NCBI GenBank assembly: GCA_965659885.1
Contig: CBFHXV010000004.1
Location: 5,024 to 69,023, forward strand
Length of the DNA: 64,000 bases
Direction: 5' to 3'
DNA from: Burkholderiaceae bacterium
GTDB taxonomy: Bacteria > Pseudomonadota > Gammaproteobacteria > Burkholderiales > Burkholderiaceae_B
In this document: positions 62,950 to 64,000 of the stretch, one piece after another
Position numbering within the stretch: position 1 is the first letter of the stretch
Layout: the number at the start of each line of letters is the position of its first letter
Notes under the pieces: generated by a model
Told to the model about the DNA's origin: nothing
The model's input: only the letters and a program-made list of their open reading frames with translations
The model's database searches: none
Position numbers and translations under genes: made by a program

Positions 62950-63860
62950 GATGAAGTGCCCGCCTGGTCTGAAAGTTTCTGTTGGCTAAATTGTGGCTGT
63001 TGGCGATGCCGGGTGATCAGGCCCGGCATGTCGGCAAATCGCTGGCCGAGCTCTTGAACCACGTACACCGAGCGATGTTGGCCACCGGTGCAGCCAATCG
63101 CAATGTTCAGGTAATTGCGCGTATCGGCCGTGTAGCGAGGCAACCATTTGCGCACAAACCCTTCAATGTCATCAATCATGTCCTCGACTTCGGGGCGGCT
63201 GCGCAACCACTGAACAACCGGCGCATCGAGACCCGTCAGTGGCTTGAGCTCTGGGTCGTAATGCGGGTTGGGCAAGCAACGCACATCAAACACAAGGTCA
63301 GCGTCGCGCGGGGCGCCTTGCTTGTAGGCAAAGGACTCAAAGGTCATGAGCAGTCCCGGACGGTCAGTCTTGATCAGGTCGCGCATCCAGTCACGCAGTT
63401 GCACCGGTTTGAGACCTGAGGTGTCGATGACGTGTTCGCGGCTACGCAGTCGGTCAAGCAGCTCACGCTCAAATGATATGCAAGCCTTGAGTGATACGGG
63501 CTCATTGTCGGCGGCCATGCGCTCGGCCAAAGGGTGGCGCCGGCGCGATTCGGAATAACGCTGAACCAAGGTGTTGTCATCGGCATCCAGAAACACAACC
63601 CGAATGGCTGTGCCTGCGTCGCGCAAGGCATCGAGCATGTCGGGCAAGGCGCGCAAGTCGCCCTGTGATCGAGCATCAATGGCCACCGCTAGCCTGGGGT
63701 TGTGGCCATGCTGTGCGTTGTCGATGAGCTCGCGCAACAAAGGCACGGGCAGGTTGTCAACACAGGCGTAGCCGGCATCTTCGAGCCACTTTAACGCCAC
63801 CGATTTGCCAGAGCCTGACATGCCGGTAATCAGCACGACACTTTGCAAGCCCTCAGACAT
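62946..63860 (-). CDS. rapZ: RNase adapter protein
   Basis: [46 protein letters not shown]; ATG at 63860 overlaps the end of hprK. Confidence 0.95.
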   Translation of the reverse strand: MSEGLQSVVLITGMSGSGKSVALKWLEDAGYACVDNLPVPLLRELIDNAQHGHNPRLAVAIDARSQGDLRALPDMLDALRDAGTAIRVVFLDADDNTLVQRYSESRRRHPLAERMAADNEPVSLKACISFERELLDRLRSREHVIDTSGLKPVQLRDWMRDLIKTDRPGLLMTFESFAYKQGAPRDADLVFDVRCLPNPHYDPELKPLTGLDAPVVQWLRSRPEVEDMIDDIEGFVRKWLPRYTADTRNYLNIAIGCTGGQHRSVYVVQELGQRFADMPGLITRHRQQPQFSQQKLSDQAGTSS

Positions 63861-64000
63861 GGCTGTTTCCGTTTGAGATGGCCTGTGCCTGCTTGTCCAT
63901 GAACTCTTGCAAGGTGTCAATGCCGCGCAGCTTCAGGATTGTGTTGCGCACGGCCGCTTCGACGAGCACCGCCAAGTTGCGTCCGGCAGCCACCTGCAGC
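63853..64000 (-). CDS. hprK: HPr kinase/phosphorylase, C-terminal fragment
   Basis: Hand translation: [33 protein letters not shown]...*; the GRNLA..VEAA motif and position before rapZ fit HprK. Confidence 0.88.
   Translation of the reverse strand, partial: LQVAAGRNLAVLVEAAVRNTILKLRGIDTLQEFMDKQAQAISNGNSHV

Overview
A mostly core-genome window from a betaproteobacterium; gene order and protein style suggest Burkholderiales, probably Alcaligenaceae (inference). From start to end it holds: the aa3-type cytochrome c oxidase operon (coxB-coxA-38 aa micro-ORF-DUF2970-coxC, minus strand); a NUDIX hydrolase; a CPA1 antiporter fused to a cNMP-binding-like domain; rpoH with a perfect CIRCE operator; a catalytically degenerate Y1/HUH (RAYT-like) transposase homolog followed by AT-rich palindromes directly upstream of gltBD; mlaFEDAC-ABC-2 pair-ibaG-murA-hisGDBHAFIE-HIT-tatABC; an inserted LysR/XRE regulator pair; Nif3-like gene, mscL, petABC, sspAB and tRNA-Thr(TGT); a ~9.5 kb variable metabolic stretch (AraC regulator, sulfurtransferase, 2-hydroxyacid dehydrogenase, FAD oxidase, exported Ntn amidase, garD, PaiB-like, nitronate monooxygenase); then bioC-like/comF/trmL/gpsA/secB/grxC/gpmA/envC/ctpA/moeB, argB, TlpA, dolP, SIS protein, a PabB-PabC fusion, rsmI, rlpA, rapZ and the 3' end of hprK. 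I saw no CRISPR array, prophage, integrase or intact IS. The best candidate for an undescribed system is the intact but apparently catalytically dead RAYT-like gene (both HUH histidines and the catalytic Tyr replaced, AT-hook-like tail kept). It sits between CIRCE-controlled rpoH and REP-like palindromes in the gltBD upstream region, and may be a domesticated transposase acting as a DNA-binding regulator. All family assignments come from motif recognition by eye; no searches were run.
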